From IMG/VR virus record IMGVR_UViG_3300045988_163776, positions 128,001 through 155,695 of that record: a stretch of 27,695 nucleotides of DNA. One strand, written 5' to 3'. The stretch comes from a virus. This document shows positions 1 through 9,140 of the stretch, one piece after another. The position numbers and the translations under genes were made by a program. Under the pieces are notes generated by a model. That model did not search any database, was not told the DNA's origin, and saw only the letters and a program-made list of their open reading frames with translations. Within the stretch, counting starts at the first letter, position 1. Every line of letters starts with the position of its first letter.

Positions 1-146
1 CAATGTTGTATTTTGCTATGAAGAAATAATTAGCAAGCTTGGTGAAGCTGGATATCGCATGGGTTGGGATTTTACTGATAAAGCCATTGATAATGGAACT
101 TGGTTTTTGTCAATCCATTGGGACTAATATAAAGGAGGGTTGCGCA

Positions 147-857
147 ATGGCAGTAGCAAAAAGCTTTAAAAATTTTGAAATGTTAAGTGAACCATTTGAG
201 AAAAATAATAAGATGTATGTTATTGTGCGAAACCCTAAAACCCAACATGAACGTACCGTAAGATGGTATACAAGTAAAGAGTATGCTAAGCTCTATCCAG
301 AAGAACAACCAATCACACAAGATTGGAAAAATTTAAAGAATTGTCTTGGTTTTAATAAAGGATATATTACAATATTTAAAAATGCAAGTTATGATGATGA
401 ATGGTGTAATATATCAAATGCGCGTTGGCATGAACGTTGGGGCTGGTATATTGCTTCTACAGAAGAAGTACCCGCAGACTGTCCTTTTGAATATGCTCCC
501 TTGTATTGGACTGATATCTCAAAAAGCGAAGGAGCGTTAAAACCAAAAGAGGAGATTGAACAAATTATTTTTTCAATATTTTATGATAATTCTCCATCTC
601 AATATTTAGGTAATATAGGAGATAGAATTGAGCTGGAAGCTGAAATTATAAGTATTGAGAAAGTAGAAACTGCATATGGGGTAAAAGCAAAATATACTCT
701 TTGTGATGAGAAAGGAAATATGCTAGAATGGTTTACTGGAGTAAGAAAAGACTGGTTTAGAGGTAATAAGAAGAATCTTCGAGGCACAGTAAAAGAATTA
801 AAAAGGAAATATGGAATTAACACAACAGTTTTAACAAGATGTTTAGAAAGGAGATGA
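147..857 (+). CDS. hypothetical protein (early block)
   Basis: Track ORF 39-857. Preferred start is ATG 147, preceded by aggagg at 133-138 (8-nt spacing). TGA stop. No in-frame TAG. Confidence 0.6.
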   Translation: MAVAKSFKNFEMLSEPFEKNNKMYVIVRNPKTQHERTVRWYTSKEYAKLYPEEQPITQDWKNLKNCLGFNKGYITIFKNASYDDEWCNISNARWHERWGWYIASTEEVPADCPFEYAPLYWTDISKSEGALKPKEEIEQIIFSIFYDNSPSQYLGNIGDRIELEAEIISIEKVETAYGVKAKYTLCDEKGNMLEWFTGVRKDWFRGNKKNLRGTVKELKRKYGINTTVLTRCLERR

Positions 858-863
858 GGTAAT

Positions 864-1022
864 GTGATCGAAATAATTACATTTATAATTTGGATAATCA
901 TAGGCGTATCAAATTTTTTCTTTTGTCTTGCTGGCTTAGCGCCAACTTGGATAACATTTTGGAGCGCTTATGGTTGCGTAATTATTAGTTTACTCGAAAA
1001 ATATATTAATAATAAAAAATAA
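864..1022 (+). CDS. small hydrophobic (2-TM-like) membrane peptide, about 52 aa
   Basis: GTG start 864 after ggagatgagg. Translation VIEIITFIIWIIIGVSNFFFCLAGLAPTWITFWSAYGCVIISLLEKYINNKK is strongly hydrophobic. TAA at 1020-1022. Confidence 0.35.
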   Translation: MIEIITFIIWIIIGVSNFFFCLAGLAPTWITFWSAYGCVIISLLEKYINNKK

Positions 1023-1051
1023 TTGATATTTTATAAAAAATATTATATAAT
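1023..1051 (+). promoter_or_regulatory. sigma70-like promoter, TTGATA-N17-TATAAT
   Basis: -35 ttgata 1023-1028 and -10 tataat 1046-1051 with an exact 17-bp spacer; member of the repeated promoter family. Confidence 0.5.
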
Positions 1052-1091
1052 ATATATATAATAAAAGAAGTTGAAAAGAGGTTGATTTAAA

Positions 1092-2735
1092 ATGTCATTG
1101 ATGAATATGATTAGTAAAGAGGAACAAGAGTTAATTTCAGCTTATAGAGAAGCTTATATAGGAAGTCATACAGAATCACTTTGTGATAATGAATATCTAT
1201 TAAGAGTATGGCAAGAAGAAAAATCTAAATTCCTTGCTAAAATTTTTAAAGATAGCCTAATTCTTAAAAAAGAAGTTGTAGTTAAGTTACCACATGAAAT
1301 GATCGCCGTAGAAATGGATGGAAAATTATGTTATTATCCTCGTAGAGATGGTTATGTGGATCCTGGAACTCCAAAAGGCTTTATAAGACAGCTAATGAAC
1401 TTAGTCGATGAATTATGTGAAAAAGATTGTATTGATTGGGCTTTAAGAAATGCCATGCGTAACATAAATGGAGATCTTTTAGCAGACAATAGATTTATTG
1501 ATAGATGGGATCCAGATCATAAAAGAAATTTTAAAGTGACTCATCCTTCAGATAAAAGAAAAAGTTTCACTATTTCTTATGGAATGAAATTAATGAAAGT
1601 ATATAATAAATTTGCTACTGCTTTTGGCATTGCAGGTTTTGATGAATATGCAGTCGTTCATTCTCAAATTTTAAATACGACTAATCTTAAAGGAACGCTA
1701 TGCTTGTCAATACATCCTTTAGATTATATGACAATGAGTGATAACAACTCAAATTGGACTTCTTGTATGTCTTGGGAAGGTGACGGCGAGTATAGACAAG
1801 GCACTGTAGAAATGATGAACTCTGATTGTATTGTTGTAGGTTACCTTGAGTCTTCAGCTCCTATGAATATATTAGGAGCAAAATGGAATAACAAAAAATA
1901 TCGTAGTTTATACTGCGTTAATGAAGATGTTATAGCCAATATAAAAGGTTACCCTTATAAAAGCTTAGAGATTGATAAAATAGTTATTGATTGGCTAAAA
2001 GAATTAGTTGAAGCCAATACAGATATCAAATATGAGAGTGATATTATAGATTTTAATAGTGACGAAAATGATTATTATTTAGATTTTCATACTCATATTA
2101 TGTATAATGACTGCTGGAATACAAAAGGCTGTAGAACATGTCATATAGGCTATGTAAGCAATTTAGCATCACATAATTGTTATGTTCATTATTCTGGACC
2201 TGATGAATGCATGTGTTGTGGAGCAGTTGGAGTTATGGAAGAGTGCAGTGAAAGTGATTTGGTTTGCGATTCCTGTGATGGCTATGAGTATTGCGATCAT
2301 TGTGGAGATAGATGCAACTTTGGTGAAACTCATCATATTGATGGATATTCTCTTTGCAGTTACTGCTATGATGAAGCTGTTGCGCAAGACTTCTTTGATG
2401 AAACAGAGCATTTAGAAAATAATATGGTACAAGCAAAAATTAATGTTGACGCTGAAAGCGGAATGTTCATTCGCTCACATTCTGTTTATAGTATTTTTAT
2501 TGATATAAAAAATATAGAAAAATTTATCTCTGTATGCCCTAAAATTTTTAAAGAAGAAAAAATGTCTTCTTATAAGATCTTTTCTGAAGAAAGTTTTTAT
2601 TATGAAGGGAAAATAATAGAGATTAACTGGAATGACCTTTCTGATTATGGTTGGAAATTTTTCTTTAAAGAAAATGATGCGATGATTGAATCAGTTAAAT
2701 TATTCTGTAAACGTTATGAAGAAGCTAAAATTTGA
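1092..2735 (+). CDS. large Cys-rich zinc-ribbon protein, paralog of the 5291-6667 product
   Basis: Intact 547-aa ORF. Shares the core LS[IV]HPLD[YF]..S.N..W.SC...GEYR.G with ORF 5291-6667. The C-terminus carries multiple CxxC pairs (CRTCH..CMCCG..CDSCDGYEYCDHCGDRC). Confidence 0.75.
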   Translation: MSLMNMISKEEQELISAYREAYIGSHTESLCDNEYLLRVWQEEKSKFLAKIFKDSLILKKEVVVKLPHEMIAVEMDGKLCYYPRRDGYVDPGTPKGFIRQLMNLVDELCEKDCIDWALRNAMRNINGDLLADNRFIDRWDPDHKRNFKVTHPSDKRKSFTISYGMKLMKVYNKFATAFGIAGFDEYAVVHSQILNTTNLKGTLCLSIHPLDYMTMSDNNSNWTSCMSWEGDGEYRQGTVEMMNSDCIVVGYLESSAPMNILGAKWNNKKYRSLYCVNEDVIANIKGYPYKSLEIDKIVIDWLKELVEANTDIKYESDIIDFNSDENDYYLDFHTHIMYNDCWNTKGCRTCHIGYVSNLASHNCYVHYSGPDECMCCGAVGVMEECSESDLVCDSCDGYEYCDHCGDRCNFGETHHIDGYSLCSYCYDEAVAQDFFDETEHLENNMVQAKINVDAESGMFIRSHSVYSIFIDIKNIEKFISVCPKIFKEEKMSSYKIFSEESFYYEGKIIEINWNDLSDYGWKFFFKENDAMIESVKLFCKRYEEAKI

Positions 2736-2760
2736 AAAAGTTAAAAAAATAATGTATAAT
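2732..2760 (+). promoter_or_regulatory. sigma70-like promoter, TTGAAA-N17-TATAAT
   Basis: ttgaaa 2732-2737 overlaps the TGA stop of the upstream gene. tataat 2755-2760 after a 17-bp spacer. Confidence 0.55.
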
Positions 2761-2792
2761 AATTATAGAAAATAAATAATAAAGAAGAAAGG

Positions 2793-3224
2793 ATGTTGAA
2801 AAACATGACTGAGAAGACAAAAAAGATAACAAAGAGAGACATTTATGAAGCAATTGCGCAGGCAATGGAAACTGGTGAAAGCACCATTGAGCCACAAGAA
2901 ATCATTAATTTCTGTCACAAGGAAATTGCAGCCCTTGACCGCAAAGCTGAAAAAGCAAGAGAAAATGCAGCGAAAAAACGTGAAGAGGGAGATGCTCTAC
3001 TAGAGCTTGTAAGAAATGCTCTTACAGACGAATATTCAATTATCGCTGATATTACGGCTCGTATTGAAAGTGATGAAGTCGAAGTAACAGTAGCCAAGGT
3101 TCAGTATAGACTTAATCAGCTAATCCAAATGGGTGAAGCTGAAAAGTCAGACGTTTCAGTCGGAGAAACTGGTTCAAAAAGAACTCTTAAAGGCTATCGA
3201 AAAATAGCAACTATTGAAGACTAA
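2793..3224 (+). CDS. hypothetical protein, 143 aa
   Basis: Intact ORF with aagaaagga RBS and TAA stop, directly followed by a strong terminator. Confidence 0.6.
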   Translation: MLKNMTEKTKKITKRDIYEAIAQAMETGESTIEPQEIINFCHKEIAALDRKAEKARENAAKKREEGDALLELVRNALTDEYSIIADITARIESDEVEVTVAKVQYRLNQLIQMGEAEKSDVSVGETGSKRTLKGYRKIATIED

Positions 3225-3236
3225 TTATTGTTTAAA

Positions 3237-3274
3237 AAGGAGTAGAAATTTTATCTACTCCTTTTTTTTCTTTT
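3237..3274 (+). terminator. rho-independent terminator
   Basis: Perfect hairpin ggagtagaaatt ttatctactcc followed by T8. Confidence 0.8.
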
Positions 3275-3389
3275 ATCTGCTCCGGCCGGATACGCACATA
3301 AACACCGCAAATCCAAAGAAAAATGGATTTAGAAAATTTTTGACAAAATTCTTAATTTATGGTATTATAAAAATGAAGGAGTGATAATA

Positions 3390-4193
3390 ATGAAATATTC
3401 ATTACCAAATAGAATATCATTACAATATTTAAAGCAAGCAGATGAAATAAAAATACAAAAATCTGATTGCGAGAAAACAATAGATTATATAGAAGATTAT
3501 CCAGAAGCAGAAATAGTATTATGTATAGAAGATCTAAAACAACAATTTTCAGGAAATGAAGAGGTCATTACGAATACATTGAAAATGTATAAAGAAGAAA
3601 GTAATAAAAAATTTAGTATAGAGCTAGAGCATTTAAATGAAGATGTTGCGTTATTAAAAAAATTGGAAATTCCTTTCTTCTGGAAATATCCAGTGACTAC
3701 TTTTGATGAATTGCAAGCTTTAAAGGAATTAGGAGTTTCACAAGTATTAATAGATGGTCCTCTCTTTTTTCAGATGAGAGAAGTAAAGAGATTTCATATT
3801 CCAATTAGAGTAATTCCAAATGTATGTTACGAGAACTATCTTCCAAGAGCAAATGGTTTGCATGGAACTTGGATGCGCCCGCAAGATCAAGATTTATATG
3901 ACCAATATGTTTCTATTTTAGAATTTAAAGAAAAAGATTTCACCAAATTAGAAGCCTTATTTGACATATATTCTAAAGATAAAACATATTTTGGAGATTT
4001 GAATACATTATTTACAAATTTTGGTTTTACTATTCCTATACTTGCGGCAGCAGTACCTCGAGATGTCATTAAGTCTAGATTAAACTGTGGTCAACGCTGT
4101 ACACAGAATCGTTGTCACTTATGTGAGCGAGGATTGTCTGTTGGTTTACAAGTGCAGACAAGTGAGTATATTAGAGTAAAAGAGCAAAATTGA
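3390..4193 (+). CDS. hypothetical protein with a C-terminal Cys cluster
   Basis: ATG 3390 after aaggag. The track begins at GTG 3381. C-terminus CGQRCTQNRCHLCERG. TGA stop. Confidence 0.6.
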   Translation: MKYSLPNRISLQYLKQADEIKIQKSDCEKTIDYIEDYPEAEIVLCIEDLKQQFSGNEEVITNTLKMYKEESNKKFSIELEHLNEDVALLKKLEIPFFWKYPVTTFDELQALKELGVSQVLIDGPLFFQMREVKRFHIPIRVIPNVCYENYLPRANGLHGTWMRPQDQDLYDQYVSILEFKEKDFTKLEALFDIYSKDKTYFGDLNTLFTNFGFTIPILAAAVPRDVIKSRLNCGQRCTQNRCHLCERGLSVGLQVQTSEYIRVKEQN

Positions 4194-4218
4194 TTTTTTA
4201 TTAAAAATATTATATAAT
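4190..4218 (+). promoter_or_regulatory. sigma70-like promoter, TTGATT-N17-TATAAT
   Basis: ttgatt 4190-4195 and tataat 4213-4218. Confidence 0.5.
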
Positions 4219-4269
4219 TATTATAGAAAAAAATGAAAAAAATAATTATATAAGGGGTGTTTATAGATA

Positions 4270-5294
4270 TGCTTACTTTTTCAGAACAGCAATTTAAAAC
4301 TTTTAAGCAAATTGCCCAGTTAAAACAATCTGGTTTGAAAAAGGTTTTAGTGTCTTTCTTAAGAAAACATTATAGCCAAAACCGAGTTTTTTACTCTGAG
4401 CATTATATTTATGCTATTGGAGATATTCCTATTGCATTAGTGGCGCATTTAGACACTGTTCATAAAAAAATTCCAAGTCAAATATTTTGGGACAGAGAAG
4501 AAGATGTGGTTTGGAGTCCCCAAGGGTTAGGGGCAGATGATAGGGCTGGAGTATATGCTATTATGCAGATTATTTCTTCTGGACTACGACCTCACATTAT
4601 TTTTACGACAGATGAAGAAATTGGTGGAATAGGAGCTATTTTATTATCTAAACGAACAAATCCTTTTGCAGATTTACGTTATATGATAGAGCTTGACCGC
4701 AGAGGTTTTACAGATTGTGTTTTTTATGATTGTAATAATAAAGATTTTGAAAAATATATAGAATCTTTTGGATTTGAGACAGATTGGGGCACCTATTCAG
4801 ATATCTGCGAATTAAGTCCAAGCTGGAAAATTGCAGGTGTAAATTTATCCATAGGATATTTTAATGAGCATTCTTTCGCAGAGTATTTAGAACCTAATAT
4901 ATTAATGAATACTATAAAAAAAGTTAAAGAGATGTTAAAAACACCTAAAGAAGATATTCCTGTGTTTAAATATATTCCTTATAAATCTTCTAAACCGGGT
5001 TTTGTTTACGACACAGATGAAAATTATAAAAAATTAGCTTTAGCTTATGGATATAATTTTTATGATGATGAGATAGGAATAATTTGTTCAGGTTGCCATG
5101 AAGCATTTTTTGAAGATGAAGTATTCCCAGTAAAAAGTGTTGATGGAACTACGAAATATTATTGTCCAGATTGTGTTACAGATAATATAGAATGGTGCAT
5201 TAGGTGTAATGAGCCTTTTGAAAAAGAAAATCCAGAAGATACTAATATATTATGCAAAGATTGTAGAAAAATTAAGGAGGCTTCTTCTAAATGA
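4270..5294 (+). CDS. M42/M20-like zinc metallopeptidase-domain protein with a C-terminal zinc ribbon
   Basis: Motifs HLDTVH, GADDRAG and TTDEEIGG resemble the metal-binding signatures of M42/M20/M28 aminopeptidases. C-terminal CSGCH..CPDC..CIRC..CKDC. Start ATG 4270 after aagggg, with GTG 4257 as an alternative. Confidence 0.6.
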
Positions 5295-6667
5295 GTTGTT
5301 TATTTACAATAGCAAAACAATTTGAACAGGTAATTGATTATTCTCAAGGATTTAAACCGGCACAATCAAAACAAGTTATAAAACAATGGTTTAAAGCTAA
5401 AAAACCTTTCATAAAAAAATTAGGTGGTTTTATATATGAATATCCAGAAACTATAACAACAGATTTATCAGATGCAGAAAAAAGAATGAAAATTAGTGAT
5501 TTTACTGACTGGGTAGAAAGAAAATATGGCTTATATGATTTATCTAATTTTATTACAGCAAATGAAAAAACTTTTTTTGAAAATGCAGTAGCAGAAGAAT
5601 ATAAATATAAAGGTATTATTATACCAAAAGGAATGAAATTATTAAAAGCTTTTAAATATTTTGAAGAGAATAAAGATATTTTAAACGATATTCAAAATGT
5701 GGCAAGTATGTCTATACAAGAAAATAAAATTTCTGGAAAACTATGTTTATCAGTGCATCCACTAGACTTTTTATCCAGTAGCGAGAATACTCTTAATTGG
5801 CGGTCTTGTCATGCCCTTGACGGAGAATATCGCGCGGGGAATTTAAGCTATATGCTTGATGGGAGTACAATAATTTGTTATTTAAAGACAGATGAAGAAG
5901 TAAAGCTTCCACGTTTCCCCTCAAGCGTACCTTGGAACAATAAAAAATGGCGTTGTTTATTATTCTTTTCAGAAAATAATAAAATGATGTTTGCGGGACG
6001 CCCTTATCCATTCGCTGCAAATGGACTTTTAAATAAAATAAGAGATATAGTTCAAGAATTAAAATTGATTGAAGTATTAAATCAACCTTATTGGAGAAAA
6101 CAATACCTTAGCGAATGGCGAAATGATTATGTTGATACTTTTAATTTTTCAGATGGGACACAAGTTAAATTAGAGAGTAGGTTTATTTTAGATTGTTATA
6201 GTGAACTAGTACGTCTGGAAGAAATAATAACAAATGGACAAGGAAGTTGTCATTATAACGATTTGCTATATTCTTCTTGTTATGTGCCTTATTATGTTCA
6301 AGTAGAGTCTGGAGATCATGTCCCAAAGTATAAAAACTATTTTAAAATTGGAGCTAGAACTTTATGCCTTAATTGCGGGAAGTATGAAATATCAGACCCA
6401 GATTCAATGCTATGTGAAGACTGTCTTGATTATTATGATTCAGAAGATTGCTTAGATGAAACATTCTGTTCTGAATGCGGAGCAATAGTTGAAGAGGGTG
6501 AAGGAGAGTTTGCTGCAACAGGGGAGTTTTTATGCCCTCATTGTATAGAAGAATATACCCAAAGATGCTATAAATGTAATGCACGATATTATCAAAATGA
6601 TATGTCTGTTGTTCGAGATGAAGATAATACTCATGTACATTGGATTTGTGCAAATTGTAAGGAATAG
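5291..6667 (+). CDS. large Cys-rich zinc-ribbon protein, paralog of the 1092-2735 product
   Basis: aaggagg RBS. Shares the LSVHPLDF...W.SC..GEYR.G core with the paralog. C-terminal CLNCG..CEDC..CSECG..CPHC..CYKCN. Ends with TAG 6665-6667. Confidence 0.75.
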   Translation: MSCLFTIAKQFEQVIDYSQGFKPAQSKQVIKQWFKAKKPFIKKLGGFIYEYPETITTDLSDAEKRMKISDFTDWVERKYGLYDLSNFITANEKTFFENAVAEEYKYKGIIIPKGMKLLKAFKYFEENKDILNDIQNVASMSIQENKISGKLCLSVHPLDFLSSSENTLNWRSCHALDGEYRAGNLSYMLDGSTIICYLKTDEEVKLPRFPSSVPWNNKKWRCLLFFSENNKMMFAGRPYPFAANGLLNKIRDIVQELKLIEVLNQPYWRKQYLSEWRNDYVDTFNFSDGTQVKLESRFILDCYSELVRLEEIITNGQGSCHYNDLLYSSCYVPYYVQVESGDHVPKYKNYFKIGARTLCLNCGKYEISDPDSMLCEDCLDYYDSEDCLDETFCSECGAIVEEGEGEFAATGEFLCPHCIEEYTQRCYKCNARYYQNDMSVVRDEDNTHVHWICANCKE

Positions 6668-6689
6668 GAAGAAGAGGAGGAAGAATATT

Positions 6690-7001
6690 ATGGCGGCTAA
6701 AGGAACAGAAGCGAAAAATTTAGTTATTTCAAAAATTAAAGAAGCCTTTGGAGAAGATTATATTTTAACAGAAGGCAGTAAAGTCTATGTGTGGGCAGAA
6801 GATGGAGCTAATGGTAGAGTGCAAATAGCTATGACTTTAACTTGCCCAAAAGTAATGGTTGGCGAATGTGCATCAGTTGCAGTAGTTGGCAATCAGTTGG
6901 ATTTTGAAGCAGAATTGCCGCATGCACAAGTGGACTCTGCGCAAATAACTGAACAGGAAAAAAATAATATTGAAGAACTCATGAAACGTTTGAATCTATA
7001 A
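6690..7001 (+). CDS. hypothetical protein, 103 aa
   Basis: ATG 6690 after gaggaggaag. The track ORF starts upstream at 6579, but the RBS supports 6690. Confidence 0.55.
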   Translation: MAAKGTEAKNLVISKIKEAFGEDYILTEGSKVYVWAEDGANGRVQIAMTLTCPKVMVGECASVAVVGNQLDFEAELPHAQVDSAQITEQEKNNIEELMKRLNL

Positions 7002-7043
7002 CACTATATTATTAAGAAATAAAATTTGTGGTCATTTTTGTTC

Positions 7044-7086
7044 TAAGAGAAAGTAATAATTTTTAAGAATATTACTTTCTCTTCTG
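7044..7086 (+). terminator. hairpin terminator-like element
   Basis: 13-bp inverted repeat agagaaagtaata / tattactttctct closing the early block. Confidence 0.5.
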
Positions 7087-7100
7087 GATAAAAATTATAT

Positions 7101-7129
7101 TTGAAAATTTAAAAAAAATATAATATAAT
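7101..7129 (+). promoter_or_regulatory. sigma70-like promoter, TTGAAA-N17-TATAAT
   Basis: ttgaaa 7101-7106 and tataat 7124-7129. First of three tandem copies within 200 bp. Confidence 0.55.
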
Positions 7130-7171
7130 ATATATGTAATAAAGATAAAAAACAAAAAAAATAAAAACTTT

Positions 7172-7200
7172 TTGATTTTTATAAAAATTTATTATATAAT
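7172..7200 (+). promoter_or_regulatory. sigma70-like promoter, TTGATT-N17-TATAAT
   Basis: ttgatt 7172-7177 and tataat 7195-7200. Confidence 0.5.
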
Positions 7201-7249
7201 ATATATGTAATAAAAAAGAAAAGTTAATTTTTTAAATAAAAAATCTTAT

Positions 7250-7278
7250 TTGAAAAATTAAAAAAAATATTATATAAT
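7250..7278 (+). promoter_or_regulatory. sigma70-like promoter, TTGAAA-N17-TATAAT
   Basis: ttgaaa 7250-7255 and tataat 7273-7278, immediately upstream of the tRNA island. Confidence 0.55.
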
Positions 7279-7308
7279 ATATATATAATAAAGATAAAAA
7301 ATAAATAT

Positions 7309-7381
7309 CATCTTATGGTGCAAAAGGATAGCACACTGTTGTACAGCAGAGATAAAGGTTCGAATCCTTGAAAGATGATCT
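7309..7381 (+). tRNA. tRNA-like element, atypical (anticodon arm not resolvable)
   Basis: Canonical T-arm aaagg-ttcgaat-ccttg and D-arm gtgc/gcac. Acceptor catctta/aaagatg has one mismatch. The anticodon region ctgttgtacagcag does not fold into a 5-bp/7-nt arm. Confidence 0.3.
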
Positions 7382-7855
7382 ATTTAGTAAAATGGTTTAT
7401 AATTTAAGTTTTCCGGAAAAACTTAGTACAATCATTGGATTTATATTATGAGTTCGAGTCTCATTAGCTTGCTACAGTAAAGGACGAATATAAAAACTTA
7501 AAATGTATTAGAGGTCAGCTCTGTGGTGAGAGTGAGTACTAAGATACAGGAGATTGGAAGTAAGCAATACACACCACTGAGCTTACTTTTGAGAGATATG
7601 AGATAGAACCTCCTCGTGGTTTCTCTCGGGCAATGCCTTAATAACTTTTGTTTATAGTTAATATGGTAGCAAATCTATCTTTACCCCTTTCCTTATAATA
7701 CTTAAAAAAAAGACAGTATCAGCAAATGAAATGCGTTAAATTAGGGATTTAAAGTGCTTTTATAAAACTGTCTTGTAATATGGTTCTATGGTTTAAGAAA
7801 TTAAAGTACTGTTTTATCATAGTAGAGCTTAAATCTCATAGAACCACCATTATAT

Positions 7856-7928
7856 AGTGATGTAGTTCAGTTGGCAGAACACCTCTCTAATACGGAGGAA
7901 GTCATAGGTTCAAACCCTATTATCACTA
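7856..7928 (+). tRNA. tRNA with apparent anticodon AAU (Ile-like); near-duplicate of the Lys(UUU) tRNA at 14843
   Basis: Acceptor agtgatg/tatcact, D-arm gttc-agttggca-gaac, anticodon stem cctct/ggagg, loop ctAATac, T-arm atagg-ttcaaac-cctat. Confidence 0.55.
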
Positions 7929-8406
7929 TCTTGTGTCGTCGTCAGCGACTATAAATAACTGTGCAGGTTCCCGTGCGATAGCGGATGTGCAAGCTAATCC
8001 ACAAACATACTATCGCCTATATTCCTCTATAGCTCAGCTGGAGGAGCCAAATACATTGAATTGAGGGTATTAGTCCTCAATTCAATGTTCTAAAGGGATA
8101 GAGAATTTGACTTTTAATTAAGTTCTCTAGGTTCGAATTTTTATATCGACTTTTGCAATAAATCATTCGAGAGGAAGTGCGACTCGACATTACAGAGAAA
8201 TCTCAAACGTGATAAAAACGGCGTCTAAAGTCATGACAACAAACGCCATCTATAATGTGACGGATGGTATAAAGGTTGATTTGCTGTAAAAGTTGATATA
8301 GAGATTCTATTAGTTATTTATAAATTCTATTATGAAAAATACTAGTTCACCTTATATAAAATTTAAAGATTATAAGGCTTGAACAAAATAATTTTATATT
8401 TTATAT

Positions 8407-8482
8407 AGCAGGCGGTAGGTGAAGTCATCTTTTCAGCCTCATAAGCTGAAGTAACCGGGAGCATTACCCGGGCCTGTTCCCA
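8407..8482 (+). tRNA. tRNA-like gene with CAU anticodon (Met/Ile2-like), non-canonical D-arm and T-loop, CCA encoded
   Basis: Acceptor agcaggc/gcctgtt (one G-U pair), anticodon arm tcagc-ctCATaa-gctga, T-arm ccggg-agcatta-cccgg, discriminator c then cca. Confidence 0.4.
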
Positions 8483-8522
8483 TTAAACGTTCATTACTTA
8501 GAAGAAAGGGGAAGTGACAAAT

Positions 8523-9014
8523 ATGGCTAAAGAAATTGAAAGAAAATTTTTATTATCTCATCTTCCAAAAATCAAGGCGGATGAAATGTGGTATGTGGAA
8601 CAAGCATATATCTCAGTAGAGCCAGAAGTGAGAATACGAAACAAAAAACCTATGACAGGTTACTTCCCTGGGTCTTATTATAACAAATATTTAATGACAA
8701 TTAAAAGCGATGGTTCTTTAATAAGAGATGAAATTGAAACCCCTATTTATGAAAATTTTTATAATGAAACTATTGGTTTTATAAATAAAGAGCCAATTAA
8801 AAAGGAATACTTTGTTTATAATATAGATAATTTGCAATTGGAAGTATCAATAGTTGATAAAGAAACAGACTATAGTTTTATTTATGCAGAGGTTGAGTTT
8901 CAATCAGAAGAAGAAGCTAAAGCTTTTAAATTTCCTTTTCCAGAAATTCTTATTGAGGAAATTACTTATCAATCAGATTATAAAATGAAAAATTATTGGC
9001 TTAATAGCCGATAA
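8523..9014 (+). CDS. CYTH-domain (triphosphate tunnel metalloenzyme/CyaB-like) protein
   Basis: N-terminal EIERKFLL matches the CYTH signature (ExExK). RBS aagggg upstream of ATG 8523. TAA stop. Confidence 0.6.
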   Translation: MAKEIERKFLLSHLPKIKADEMWYVEQAYISVEPEVRIRNKKPMTGYFPGSYYNKYLMTIKSDGSLIRDEIETPIYENFYNETIGFINKEPIKKEYFVYNIDNLQLEVSIVDKETDYSFIYAEVEFQSEEEAKAFKFPFPEILIEEITYQSDYKMKNYWLNSR

Positions 9015-9035
9015 TTTTAAATCAAATATTTATAT

Positions 9036-9064
9036 TTGAAAAATTAAAAAAAATATTATATAAT
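9036..9064 (+). promoter_or_regulatory. sigma70-like promoter, TTGAAA-N17-TATAAT
   Basis: ttgaaa 9036-9041 and tataat 9059-9064. Confidence 0.55.
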
Positions 9065-9140
9065 ATATATGTAATAAAAAAGAAAGGAGTTATTGATTTT
9101 GAAAGTTAAAGTAAAAAATTCAGACATTACAAAAATAAAA

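Noticed and set aside
346-540. Track ORFs 346-540 and 2182-2415 on the plus strand
   Set aside because: They are nested out-of-frame inside the 147-857 and 1092-2735 genes, with no RBS.
599-901. Minus-strand track ORFs (599-901, 2169-2411, 2233-2436, 2915-3097, 3887-4069, 5793-6020, 6369-6653, 11470-11829, 17795-18085, 21299-21490, 23373-23693, 23846-24103, 24661-24945, 25558-25914, 27252-27488 and similar)
   Set aside because: All lie antisense inside longer, better-supported plus-strand genes, lack RBSs and have low-complexity translations. They are shadow ORFs of an AT-rich coding strand.
6579-6689. Upstream extension of track ORF 6579-7001
   Set aside because: It overlaps the 3' end of gene 5291-6667 in another frame. 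The strong RBS gaggaggaag supports ATG 6690 as the start.
7383-7470. T-arm-like atgag-ttcgagt-ctcat near 7441-7457
   Set aside because: No acceptor pairing (tagcttg has no upstream complement) and no anticodon arm, so it is not called a tRNA.
8025-8100. tRNA-like start (tagctcagctggaggagc D-arm) followed by a 13-bp hairpin cattgaattgagg/cctcaattcaatg
   Set aside because: No T-arm and no complementary acceptor 3' strand could be found. It is reported only as unassigned, not as a tRNA.
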